A stretch of 64,000 bases of DNA from contig NIVC01001751.1 in the NCBI GenBank assembly GCA_002269645.1, positions 124,001 to 188,000 on the forward strand, in the 5' to 3' direction. Positions 23,801 to 34,974 of the stretch are shown piece by piece (the first letter of the stretch is position 1; each line of letters begins with the position of its first letter). The notes below the pieces were generated by a model that had not been told where the DNA came from, did no database searches, and saw only the letters and a list, made by a program, of their open reading frames with translations. Made by a program: the position numbers and the translations under genes. The DNA is from Macrostomum lignano (taxonomy: Eukaryota).

Positions 23801-26003
23801 GAACACTGGATAGCCTGGGAGAACATTGGGTAGTCTGAAAGAACACTGGAGAACCTGAGAGAACACTGGAATGCCTGAGAGAACACTGGGTAGCCTGAGA
23901 GAACATTGGGTAGCCTGAGAGAACACTGGGTAGCCTGAGAGAATATTGGGTAGTCTGAAAGAACACTGGAGAACCTGAGAGAACACTGGAATGCCTGAGA
24001 GAACACTGGGTAGCCTGAGAGAACACTGGGTAGCCTGAGAGAACATTGGGTAGCCTGAGAGAACACAGGGTAGCCTGAGAGAACACTGGATAGCCTGAGA
24101 GAACATTGGGTAGTCTGAGAGAACACGGGAGAGCCTGAGAGAACATTGGGTAGCCTGAGAGAACACTGGGTAGCCTGAGAGAACACTGGGTAGCCTGAGA
24201 GAACATTGGGTAGCCTGAGAGAACACTGGGTAGCCTGAGAGAACACTGGGTAGCCTGAGAGAACATTGGGTAGCCTGAGAGAACACTGGGTAGCCTGAGA
24301 GAACACTGGATAGCCTGAGAGAACACTGGGTAGCCTGAGAGAACACGGGAGAGCCTGAGAGAACATTGGGTAGCCTGAGAGAACACTGGGTAGCCTGAGA
24401 GAACACTGGGTAGCCTGAGAGAACATTGGGTAGCCTGAGAGAACACTGGGTAGTCTGAGAGAACACTGGGTAGCCTGAGAGAACATTGGGTAGCCTGAGA
24501 GAACACTGGGTAGTCTGAGAGAACACTGGGTAGCCTGAGAGAACACAGGGTAGCCTGAGAGAACACTGGGTAGTCTGAGAGAACACTGGGTAGTCTGAGA
24601 GAACACTGGGTAGCCTGCGAGAACACTGGGTAGCCTGAGAGAACACTGGGTAGCCTGAGAGAACACTGGATAGCCTGAGAGAACACTGGGTAGTCTGAGA
24701 GAACACTGGGTAGCCTGAGAGAACACTGGGTAGTCTGAGAGAACACTGGGTAGCCTGAGAGAACACTGGGTAGCCTGAGAGAACACTGGGTAGCCTGAGA
24801 GAACACTGGATAGCCTGAGAGAACACTGGGTAGTATGAGAGAACACTGGGTAGCCTGAGAGAACACTGGGTAGCCTGAGAGAACACTGGGTAGCCTGAGA
24901 GAACACTGGGTAGCCTGAGAGAACACGGGAGAGCCTGAGAGAACATTGGGTAGCCTGAGAGAACACTGGAGAGCCTGAGAGAACACTGGGTAGCCTGAGA
25001 GAACACTGGGTAGCCTGAGAGAACACAGGAGAGCCTGAGAGAACATTGGGTAGCCTGAGAGAACACTGGAGAGCCTGAGAGAACACTGGAGAGCCTGAGA
25101 GAACATTGGGTAGCCTGAGAGAACATTGGGTAGCCTGAGAGAACACTGGGTAGCCTGAGAGAACACTGGGTAGCCTGAGAGAACACTGGGTAGCCTGAGA
25201 GAACACTGGGTAGCCTGAGTGAACACAGGAGAGCCTGAGAGAACATTGGGTAGCCTGAGAGAACACTGGAGAGCCTGAGAGAACACTGGAGAGCCTGAGA
25301 TAACATTGGGTAGCCTGAGAGAACATTGGGTAGCCTGAGAGAACACTGGGTAGCCTGAGAGAACATTGGGTAGCCTGAGAGAACACTGGGTAGCCTGAGA
25401 GAACACTGGAGAGCCTGAGAGAACACTGGAGAGCCTGAGAGAACATTGGGTAGCCTGAGAGAACACTGGAGAGCCTGAGAGAACATTGGGTAGCCTGAGA
25501 GAACACTGGAGAGCCTGAGAGAACATTGGGTAGCCTGAGAGAACACTGGAGAGCCTGAGAGAACATTGGGTAGCCTGAGAGAACACTAGGTAGCCTGAGA
25601 GAACACTGGGTAGCCTGAGAGAACACTGGGTAGCCTGAGAGAACACGGGAGAGCCTGAGAGAACATTGGGTAGCCTGAGAGAACACTGGAGAGCCTGAGA
25701 GAACACTGGAGAGCCTGAGAGAACATTGGGTAGCCTGAGAGAACACTGGGTAGCCTGAGAGAACATTGGATAGCCTGAGAGAACACTAGGTAGCCTGAGA
25801 GAACACTGGTAGCCTGAGAGAACACTGGGTAGCCTGAGAGAACACGGGAGAGCCTGAGAGAACATTGGGTAGCCTGAGAGAACACTGGAGAGCCTGAGAG
25901 AACACTGGAGAGCCTGAGAGAACATTGGGTAGCCTGAGAGAACACTGGTAGCCTGAGAGAACACTGGGTAGCCTGAGAGAACACTGGGTAGCCTGAGAGA
26001 ACC
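20873..26003. repeat. 5.1-kb 20-bp minisatellite (GAGAGAACACTGGGTAGCCT), about 256 copies, in the STAMBP intron
   Basis: Strict 20-bp periodicity with variant units and internal block duplications. Confidence 0.98.
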
Positions 26004-26128
26004 TTATAAGAATCCGTCAATCTAGATAGTACTTTTAGGAAACTGGGAAAACATTAAAGAAATGGGAGATTTATCAATCAATAACCAAATTATTGGACTT
26101 CAGAGAAAAACCCGCATGTCGCCAATAC

Positions 26129-26397
26129 CTTGCATTTTTCTTCAAATGCTCCGGTGCAGCAGCAAATCCAGGATGCTTGGGAAGTTTGTCCAGCACCATA
26201 ATGGCGAACTTGGAGAACAGCACGTAGGCATTCTGCAGCTCCTTAGTCCGCAAGTACATCCTAGCCATTCGCATCATTTCAACCCCCGATCTCAGATATT
26301 TCTCAACGCCAATCTCTTTTTGAATTGCGAAACTCTCAGCTGAGCTCATTAGGCGGCGAAGTCGCTGCTGCGGCTCCATGGCGGCTTCGTTTGGCAT
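26129..26397 (-). CDS. STAMBP: STAMBP/AMSH exon 1 (MIT-like / USP8-dimer domain)
   Basis: ATG at 26397. Motifs YLRSGVEMMRMA, AYVLFSKF, KLPKHP. Phase-2 donor AG|gtattg matches the exon 2 acceptor. Confidence 0.92.
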
Positions 26398-26672
26398 GGC
26401 AGATGCCGCCTACCCTGGCTGAAATGTAACAATAGCCGTGTGCCGTTAGTTTGCATTGGGGGGGGGGGGGGGCTGCAGGCGCTGCCGCAGGTAGATCAAG
26501 GCTACAGTTGACCTGTAGGCAGCAAGGGGGCTGCCCGATGAAAACGCTACCTAGGCCAAGAAGCATCTCTTATTAGTGTGAAATGTTTACTTAACTAACT
26601 AGCCTGGTGGCCTGCTCATCATGTGCTCAGATAGTGGTCTTCGTTTTTTATTGCTTCAGTGATAATATACTT

Positions 26673-26788
26673 ATAATAATTGATTCACACCTGCCCTGAT
26701 TGGGTCAGATGTGCAACCGACAGCTCAGCCGCAGCTATTGCGCAGATCATCTAAAGGCTGCGTACGGCTCTAACCACTAGACTACAAC
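26673..26788 (-). mobile_element. Internally deleted second SINE copy
   Basis: ATTCACACCTGCCCT...GGCTGCGTACGGCT matches 16113-16197 and is fused directly to CTAACCACTAG(A/G)CTACAAC from the tRNA head. Confidence 0.8.
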
Positions 26789-27790
26789 CTCCTCACTAGG
26801 CTACAACCTCCTCACTAGGCTACAACCTCCTCACTAGGCTACAACCTCCTCACTAGGCTACAACCTCCTCACTAGGCTACAACCCCTCACTAGGCTGCAA
26901 CCTCCTCACTAGGCTACAACCTCCTCACTAGGCTACAACCTCCTCACTAGACTACAACCTCCTCACTAGGCTACAACCTCCTCACTAGGCTACAACCTCC
27001 TCACTAGGCTACAATCCCCTCACTAGGCTACAACCCCCTCTCTGGGCTACAACCTCCTCAACCTCCTCACTAGGCTACAACCTACTCACTAGGCTACAAC
27101 CTCCTCACTAGGCTACAACCTCCTCACTAGGCTACAACCTCCTCACTAGGCTACAACCCCTCACTAGGCTGCAACCTCCTCACTAGGCTACAACCTCCTC
27201 ACTAGGCTACAACCTCCTCACTAGACTACAACCTCCTCACTAGGCTACAACCTCCTCACTAGGCTACAACCTCCTCACTAGGCTACAATCCCCTCACTAG
27301 GCTACAACCCCCTCTCTGGGCTACAACCTCCTCAACCTCCTCACTAGGCTACAACCTCCTCACTAGGCTACAACCTCCTCACTAGGCTACAACCTCCTCA
27401 CTAGGCTACAACCTCCTCACTAGGCTACAATCCCCTCACTAGGCTACAACCCCCTCTCTAGGCTACAACCTCCTCAACCTCCTCACTAGGCTACAACCTA
27501 CTCACTAGGCTACAACCTCCTCACTAGGCTACAACCCCCTCACTAGGCTACAACCTCCTCACTAGGCTACAACCTACTCACTAGGCTACAAACTCCTCAC
27601 TAGGCTACAACCTCCTCACTAGGCCACAACCTCCTCACTAGGCTACAACCCCCTCACTAGGCTACAACCCCCTCACTAGGCTACAACCCCCTCACTAGGC
27701 TACAACCTCCTCACTAGGCTACAACCTCCTCACTAGGCTACAACCTCCTCACTAGGCTACAACCTCCTCACTAGGCTACAACCTCCTCAC
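26789..27790. repeat. 19-bp minisatellite (CTCCTCACTAGGCTACAAC), about 53 copies, sharing 14 bp with the SINE head
   Basis: Tandem units begin immediately after the SINE head. Confidence 0.95.
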
Positions 27791-27799
27791 AAATGTGTC

Positions 27800-28198
27800 T
27801 AATGCGACGGAGAGGCAGCTGTTGCATTACAAGCGCATCATGCGAGTTGCAGAATCGTTAAAGAGTCGCGAAAGAGTCATCCAAGAGTCGTTGTGTTGGC
27901 GCTTAACTTTCGCTGAATATACGACTCTAATTCGTCAGCCGAAGCAAATGCACTTCAAACACAACTCAAATACGACTCTATGGCCCGAGTGTCGTTCTAC
28001 CGTCGCGCCAGAGTCGTTTCAGAGTCGCAGACTATAAAAACGCTTCAAAATGACTATTGGGCGACTCTTTGACGACTTGTTGGCGACATTTACCATGAAA
28101 ACTCGTTGCTTCAGAGTAACTTCTTTCCTATTTTACCTGTGTTACCTGCAACGACTCTCGGTTTTTCATCGGGTCAGAGTCGCCTCTCCATCGCATTA
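27800..28198. mobile_element. Putative non-autonomous DNA element rich in GAGTCG/CGACTC motifs
   Basis: Inverted 17-mer TAATGCGA(C/T)GGAGAGGC at 27800 and 28182, with many GAGTC motifs on both strands. No clear TSD. Confidence 0.45.
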
Positions 28199-28314
28199 AA
28201 GCCGCTTGAGTCGTTAAAAAGTCACAAGAGTCGCTAGAGTCACGAGTGAGTTGTTTTCAATGACTCTTTAGTCAGCGATTCTATATTGATTATTTAATCT
28301 GTCTGTCTGTCTGT

Positions 28315-28805
28315 CCAGGTATGCAAAGGTCTCTGTGGTAGCTATGGGACACATTGGTATGTGCAGGTCTGCTTCCGGTACAGGTATGCAAAGGTCTCTG
28401 TGGTAGCTATGAGACACATTGGTATGTGCAGGTCTGCTTCCGGTACAGGTATGCAAAGGTCTCTGTGGTAGCTATGGGACACATTGGTATGTGCAGGTCT
28501 GCTTCCGGTACAGGTATGCAAAGGTCTCTGTGGTAGCTATGGGACACATTGGTATGTGCAGGTCTGCTTCCGGTACAGGTATGCAAAGGTCTCTGTGGTA
28601 GCTATGGGACACATTGGTATGTGCAGGTCTGCTTCCGGTACAGGTATGCAAAGGTCTCTGTGGTAGCTATGGGACACATTGGTATGTGCAGGTCTGCTTC
28701 CGGTACAGATATGCAAAGGTCTCTGTGGTAGCTATGGGACACATTGGTATGTGCAGGTCTGCTTCCGGTACAGGTATGCAAAGGTCTCTGTGGTAGCTAT
28801 GGGAC
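28315..28805. repeat. 65-bp tandem repeat, about 7.5 near-identical copies
   Basis: Offset ORFs at 28354, 28419, 28484, 28549 and 28614 show the 65-bp period. Confidence 0.97.
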
Positions 28806-29293
28806 TGAACACGAGACAATAAGACTAGATTACTATTAAAAATCAAGCAGAAAAGAGCTAAACAAACAAACCGAAGAGCAAAATTCGTTCAATTTATAAT
28901 TTTTGCAATTTATATTGAAATCACAAGCTGAGAATTCCAATGGGAATGCATCAAGCCGATAGGGCACGAGTTACACCAATAGCGATAGATGAAACAATCA
29001 ATAAATCAATAATCAAAGTGAGGGAATTCCAAGTGTGACTACTCGCTCAATCAACATAGAGATGGGAGATGCAACGATCGAACTCATAATGCCCGAGATG
29101 AAAAATTATAATATAATTATAGCACTGAACACCGACTTCAAGCATACAGTTAATAAATATGTATGATTGTTCCGGCACCAAAGAAACATACCATTTATAT
29201 CTTGAATCTGACAACTAGTCTACAGCAATCAATATACTCAATTATTATACTCAACCAAAGTACTTAATCAATATGTTACACATAAAAATTTTA

Positions 29294-29296
29294 TCT

Positions 29297-29330
<34 letters not shown>

Positions 29331-29836
29331 CCTAGTGTCTGTCTGTCCGTCTGTCCTAGTGTCTGTCTGTCTGTCCTAGTGTCTGTCTGTCTGTCCTAGT
29401 GTCTGTCTGTCTGTCCTAGTGTCTGTCTGTCTGTCCTAGTGTCAGTCTGTCTGTCTGTCTGTCTGGCTGTCTGTCTGTCTGTCCGTCTGTCCTAGTGTCT
29501 GTCTGTCTGTCCTAGTGTCTGTCCGTCTGTCCTAGTGTCTGTCTGTCTGTCCTAGTGTCTGTCTGTTCTAGTGTCTGTCTGTCTGTCCTAGTGCCTGTCT
29601 GTCTGTCCTAGTGTCTGTCTGTTCTAGTGTCTGTCTGTCTGTCCTAGTGTCTGTCTGTCTGTCCTAGTGTCTGTCTGTCTGTCCTAGTGTCAGTCTGTCT
29701 GTCTGTCTGTCTGGCTGTCTGTCTGTCTGTCCGTCTGTCCTAGTGTCTGTCTGTCTGTCCTAGTGTCTGTTTGCCCTAGTGTCTGTCTGTTCTAGTGTCT
29801 GTCTGTCTGTCCTAGCGTCTGTCTGTCTGTCCTAGC

Positions 29837-29907
<71 letters not shown>

Positions 29908-30031
29908 CTAGTGTCTGTATGTCTGTCCTAGTGTCTGTATGTCTGTCCTAGTGTCTGTCTGTCTGTCTGTCTGTCTTTCTGTCTGTCCTAGTGTCTGTCT
30001 GTCTGTCCTAGTGTCTGTCTGTCTGTCCTTG

Positions 30032-30067
<36 letters not shown>

Positions 30068-30237
30068 CTAGTGTCTGTCTGTCCTTGTGTCTGTCTGTCT
30101 GTCCTAGTGTCTGTCTGTCTGTCCTAGTGTCTGTCTGTCTGTCTGTCTGTCCTAGTGTCTGTCTGTCCTAGTGTCTGTCTGTCTGTCCTAGTGTCTGTCT
30201 GTCTGTCTGTCCTAGTGTCTGTCTGTCTGTCTGTCTG
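29294..30237. repeat. (GTCT)n microsatellite interspersed with CCTAGT
   Basis: Direct inspection. Confidence 0.95.
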
Positions 30238-30883
30238 CTTGCACCGCAGAAAGAACCCCTGGTGGATTTTTTGACTGAGCAGCAAAGCAAAAGACACGCT
30301 AAAACAAGTTGACCGCATAAAAATAAAACGGCATGTAAAAAAACTTTATAGAAGTGGACAGCAACAAAGAACAAAAAATGGATACACAAGAGCCAACGAT
30401 AACTCAAAAGCCACTCAAGCACACAAAATTGCATCTTTGCAGAAAAAGTGGCTGACTAGTTAAAGTTCAATATTAGAAGACAAACGAATTCTAATCAGAT
30501 TACACCAAAGTAAACCACAGTTTTTATAAACAGAATCGAATAAATTTTAAAGTAAAATTTTATTATGCCAATTAGCATTTTTGATGAAGAGAAAAGTACG
30601 GAAACGATAGGATACGGTAGATTCGTAAGATTATCAGAGATTAGATTCACCAGAACCAGAGAAATACATCAATGGGAGTACCCTATATGCACAGTGAGTT
30701 ATAAATCAGGTAACAGGGCATGCTATCGCAACATACGAGTAAATCGCACACTTTCTAACAAATTTTATCACTGATATAAAATATAAGCCAGAGAATGCAA
30801 AATACACTGCAGTTTTATTGATGATAAATGCAAAAATCTACTAAAACATATTTTAAACAAAACGCGTTGTTTATTCGAGGTGC

Positions 30884-32699
30884 CTAGTTCTCCGAGCTGG
30901 CGGCACGTGAGCTGCTAGGAGCAGCAGCGGCAGCATCAGCATTGCTGGCGGCAGGTGAGCTGCTAGGAGCAGCAGCGGCCGCATCAGCATTGCTGCTAGA
31001 AGCAGCAGCGGCAGCATCATCATTGTTGCTAGGAGCAGCAGCGGCGGCATCAGCATTGCTGGCGGCAGGTGAGCTGCTAGGAGCAGCAGCGGCAGCATCA
31101 GCATTGCTGGCGGCAGGTGAGCTGCTAGGAGCAGCAGCGGCCGCATCAGCATTGCTGCTAGAAGCAGCAGCGGCAGCATCATCATTGTTGCTAGGAGCAG
31201 AAGCGGCAGCATCAGCATTGCTGGCGGCAGGTGAGCTGCTAGGAGCAGCAGCGGCAGCATCAGCATTGCTGGCGGCAGGTGAGCTGCTAGGAGCAGCAGC
31301 GGCCGCATCAGCATTGCTGGCGGCAGGTGAGCTGCTAGGAGCAGCAGCGGCCGCATCAGCATTGCTGCTAGAAGCAGCAGCGGCAGCATCATCATTGTTG
31401 CTAGGAGCAGAAGCGGCAGCATCAGCATTGCTGGCGGCAGGTGAGCTGCTAGGAGCAGCAGCGGCAGCATCAGCATTGCTGGCGGCAGGTGAGCTGCTAG
31501 GAGCAGCAGCGGCCGCATCAGCATTGCTGCTAGAAGCAGCAGCGGCAGCATCATCATTGTTGCTAGGAGCAGAAGCGGCAGCATCAGCATTGCTGGCGGC
31601 AGGTGAGCTGCTAGGAGCAGCAGCGGCGGCATCAGCATTGCTGCTAGGAGCAGCAGCGGCGGCATCAGCATTGCTGCTAGGAGCAGCAGCGGCGGCATCA
31701 GCATTGCTGCTAGGAGCAGCAGCGGCGGCATCAGCATTGCTGCTAGGAGCAGCAGCGGCCGCATCAGCATTGCTGCTAGGAGCAGCAGCGGCAGCATCAT
31801 CATTGCTGCTAGGAGCAGAAGCGGCAGCATCAGCATTGCTGGCGGCAGGTGAGCTGCTAGGAGCAGCAGCGGCCGCATCAGCATTGCTGGCGGCAGGTGA
31901 GCTGCTAGGAGCAGCAGCGGCCGCATCAGCATTGCTGCTAGAAGCAGCAGCGGCAGCATCATCATTGTTGCTAGGAGCAGAAGCGGCAGCATCAGCATTG
32001 CTGGCGGCAGGTGAGCTGCTAGGAGCAGCAGCGGCGGCATCAGCATTGCTGCTAGGAGCAGCAGCGGCGGCATCAGCATTGCTGCTAGGAGCAGCAGCGG
32101 CGGCATCAGAATTGCTGCTAGGAGCAGCAGCGGCCGCATCATCATTGCTGCTAGGAGCAGAAGCGGCAGCATCAGCATTGCTGGCGGCAGGTGAGCTGCT
32201 AGGAGCAGCAGCAGTGGCGTTAGCCTTGCTGGCTAAAGAAACACCATTGCAAGCGGTGTCGCCTTTAGGGTCAACAGTGCATTTGGAGACAGTTGCCGCG
32301 GCGGCCTCAGAGGCGGCCTGCTCAACAAACAGGTCGATTCGATCAGCTTCGGCGGGGCTCAGCAGGCAGGTCTCGGTGAAGGTTGCGGTGGCGGCAGCTG
32401 TAGCGGCGGCGGAGCCGGATGCACGAGACGGCCGGCCAACCAGGCTAGCGGGCGGCGATGCGGCAGCCGAGTTCCTTGAAGCAGACAGCCGCTTCTCCCG
32501 TCTTGGTCGCGTAGCGGCTGCAGCCGCCGTGGACGCTGATGCGGCAGCGGCATGCGTCGAGGCGGCCGACGCCGAGTTGGCGGGCGCCAGGCCGAGCAGA
32601 GCGGCCAGGCGGACGGATTTCTCGCGTCTGACATGTTGCCGACCTTTGACCAGGCGCTGGCGGGCAGCCATGCACCGGATGTGGTCGTCGAATATAAAT
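30884..32699 (-). CDS. CLEC16A: CLEC16A last exon with about 435-aa Ala/Ser-rich tandem-repeat tail
   Basis: Acceptor tttcag|A gives K-FIFDDHIRCMAARQRLVKGR (conserved). The frame stays open through 33/48-bp repeats to TAG at 30884-30886. Confidence 0.85.
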
Positions 32700-32849
32700 C
32701 TGAAATAAAGATGAGGGGAAATAATGAGCTGCATAATGAGCCTAGGCCAATAGTCTCTGATCTTTTCCCTTTAAGAGATTCTCATCACATTCGAATACAG
32801 AGGTCTCATATCTCATACCTCAATACATCTCATATCTATGGACATACAC

Positions 32850-33200
32850 ATCAGATCTATAGATATAAAACATCAAATCTATAGACAAACATCAGATATG
32901 TAAACAGAAACATCAGATCTATAGTCACTAAATCAGATCTATAGACATGAACATCAGATCTATAGACATGAACATCAGATCTATAGACATAAACATCAGA
33001 TACATGTATATGGTCATAAACATAGGATCTAATGGACGTAAACATAAAATCTATTGACATAAACATCAAATCTATGGACGTCTATGGATGAGACATACAC
33101 ATCAGATCTATATACTGAAACATCAAATCTATAGACAAACATCAGATATATAGTCATAAACATCAGATCTGTATGTACATACACATCAGATCTATAGATA
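32850..33200. repeat. Degenerate ACATCAGATCTATAG repeat in CLEC16A intron 3
   Basis: Recurring core motif. Confidence 0.8.
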
Positions 33201-33215
33201 CAAACGCAAACGTAC

Positions 33216-33853
33216 TTGGCGGCAAGCAGGGGCGGCCGAGGGCCCCCGTAAGGCGCAGTGCCCGGATTGTGAAAAGTGACGTGCAGACAGCGCGAATCCT
33301 CCCTATCCGAGGCCGCCTCAACGTGCTGCAGGTAGCCAACAAATTTCACCACACCCCAGCCGAGCCGGCGAGAGTCTGGCTCAACCAGCATGGCCTGGTG
33401 CCGCACCGCGTCTACAACTAGGAAGCGCCGCTCCACTGGCCGGCCGGCCTCCCGCTCTACTCGGCAGCCAATCAGATCGCTATTGTTCAAGTCTAGCGAG
33501 TCGGCCACGCGGACGGGCTCGGCCGGACCGCCAAGCGGCAGGTCGGCATCGGACACTCCAGGAGGGCTGGCCAGTCGCTGGTAGAGCCGACGCACCGTTA
33601 GAAACAGGCGCACAGAGCGGCGCGATCGTTCGACCTCGCCGCAGGGCAGCCGACGGGCGAAATCGTCGATGCCGGACATTGGCGTGGCGGCCGGCGCCAG
33701 CAGCAGGCTGGAGTCCATCAGCAGCAGCTCCAGGTTGACGGGCTTCAGTCTGGCCAGCTCGTCTTCGAATAGGTCAAGAAACAGATCGTCACCCGAGCGG
33801 AAGCGCAGCTGAGCGCCCAGCGTGCTGGCCTGGTTGACGGAGCCTAGCAGAGC
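33216..33853 (-). CDS. CLEC16A: CLEC16A exon 3
   Basis: 638 nt. Motifs LFLDLFEDE, LPCGEVERSRRSVRLF, LDLNNSDLIGC, LVEPDSRRLGWGVVKFVGYLQ. Donor AA|gtacgt. Confidence 0.92.
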
Positions 33854-33984
33854 CTGCAGATATTTCAATATGTATTACTGTTTATTTACGTTTGACAATG
33901 CGCACAACTGCCTACTGAAAGTACGGTAGTATGTGAAATCTATAGGTACTGAAAAACATACATAATAAATAACCAATGCTCATG

Positions 33985-34880
33985 CGCATCCTATGCCTGA
34001 TTCATGAGTGCCAGTGCATCCTATGCCTGATTTATATGAGTGCCAGTGCATCCTATGCCTGATTCATATGAGTGCCAGTGCATCCTATGCCTGATTCATG
34101 AGTGCCAGTGCATCCTATGCCTGATTTATATGAGTGCCAGTGCATCCTATGCCTGATTCATATGAGTGCCAGTGCATCCTATGCCTGATTCATATGAGTG
34201 CCAGTGCATCCTATGCCTGATTCATGAGTGCCAGTGCATCCTATGCCTGATTCATGAGTGCCAGTGCATCCTATGCCTGATTCATGAGTGCCAGTGCATC
34301 CTATGCCTGATTTATATGAGTGCCAATGCATCCTATGCCTTATTTATATGGGTGCCAGTGCATCCTATGCCTGATTCATATGGGTGCCAATGCATCCTAT
34401 GCCTGATTCATGAGTGCCAATGCATCCTATGCCTGATTCATGAGTGCCAATGCATCCTATGCCTGATTCATGAGTGCCAATGCATCCTATGCCTGATTCA
34501 TGTGAGTGCCAGTGCATCCTATGCCTGATTCATATGAGTGCCAGTGCATCCTATGCCTGATTTATATGAGTGCCAGTGCATCCTATGCCTGATTTATATG
34601 AGTGCCAGTGCATCCTATGTCTGATTTATATGAGTGCCAGTGCATCCTATGCCTGATTCATATGAGTGCCAATGCATCCTACGCCTGATTCATATGGGTG
34701 CCAATGCATCCTATGCCTGATTCATATGGGTGCCAATGCATCCTATACCTGATTCATGTGAGTGCCAGTGCATCCTGTGCCTGATTCATATGAGTGCCAG
34801 TGCATCCTATGCCTGATTCATATGAGTGCCAATGCATCCTACGCCTGATTCATATGAGTGCCAATGCATCCTATGTTTGA
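33985..34880. repeat. 25/27-bp intronic minisatellite (GAGTGCCAGTGCATCCTATGCCTGATTCAT core)
   Basis: Tandem units differing by an AT indel. Confidence 0.95.
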
Positions 34881-34974
34881 TCTATCCTATGCTATGGTTA
34901 AAAATCCTGAAATTTTTTAAATCCTAGAAGTAGGCTAGTAGGCTAGGCTAGATAATAAAGTACAATCAGCCCAC

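Noticed and set aside
20828-26020. 1572-1705-aa ORFs in all three minus frames
   Set aside because: Artefact of a 20-bp repeat with no stop on that strand; lies inside the phase-consistent STAMBP intron.
30871-32708. Alternative-frame ORFs (MLMLPLLLL..., MLAAGELLG...)
   Set aside because: By-products of the GC-rich coding repeat; only one frame is continuous with conserved CLEC16A.
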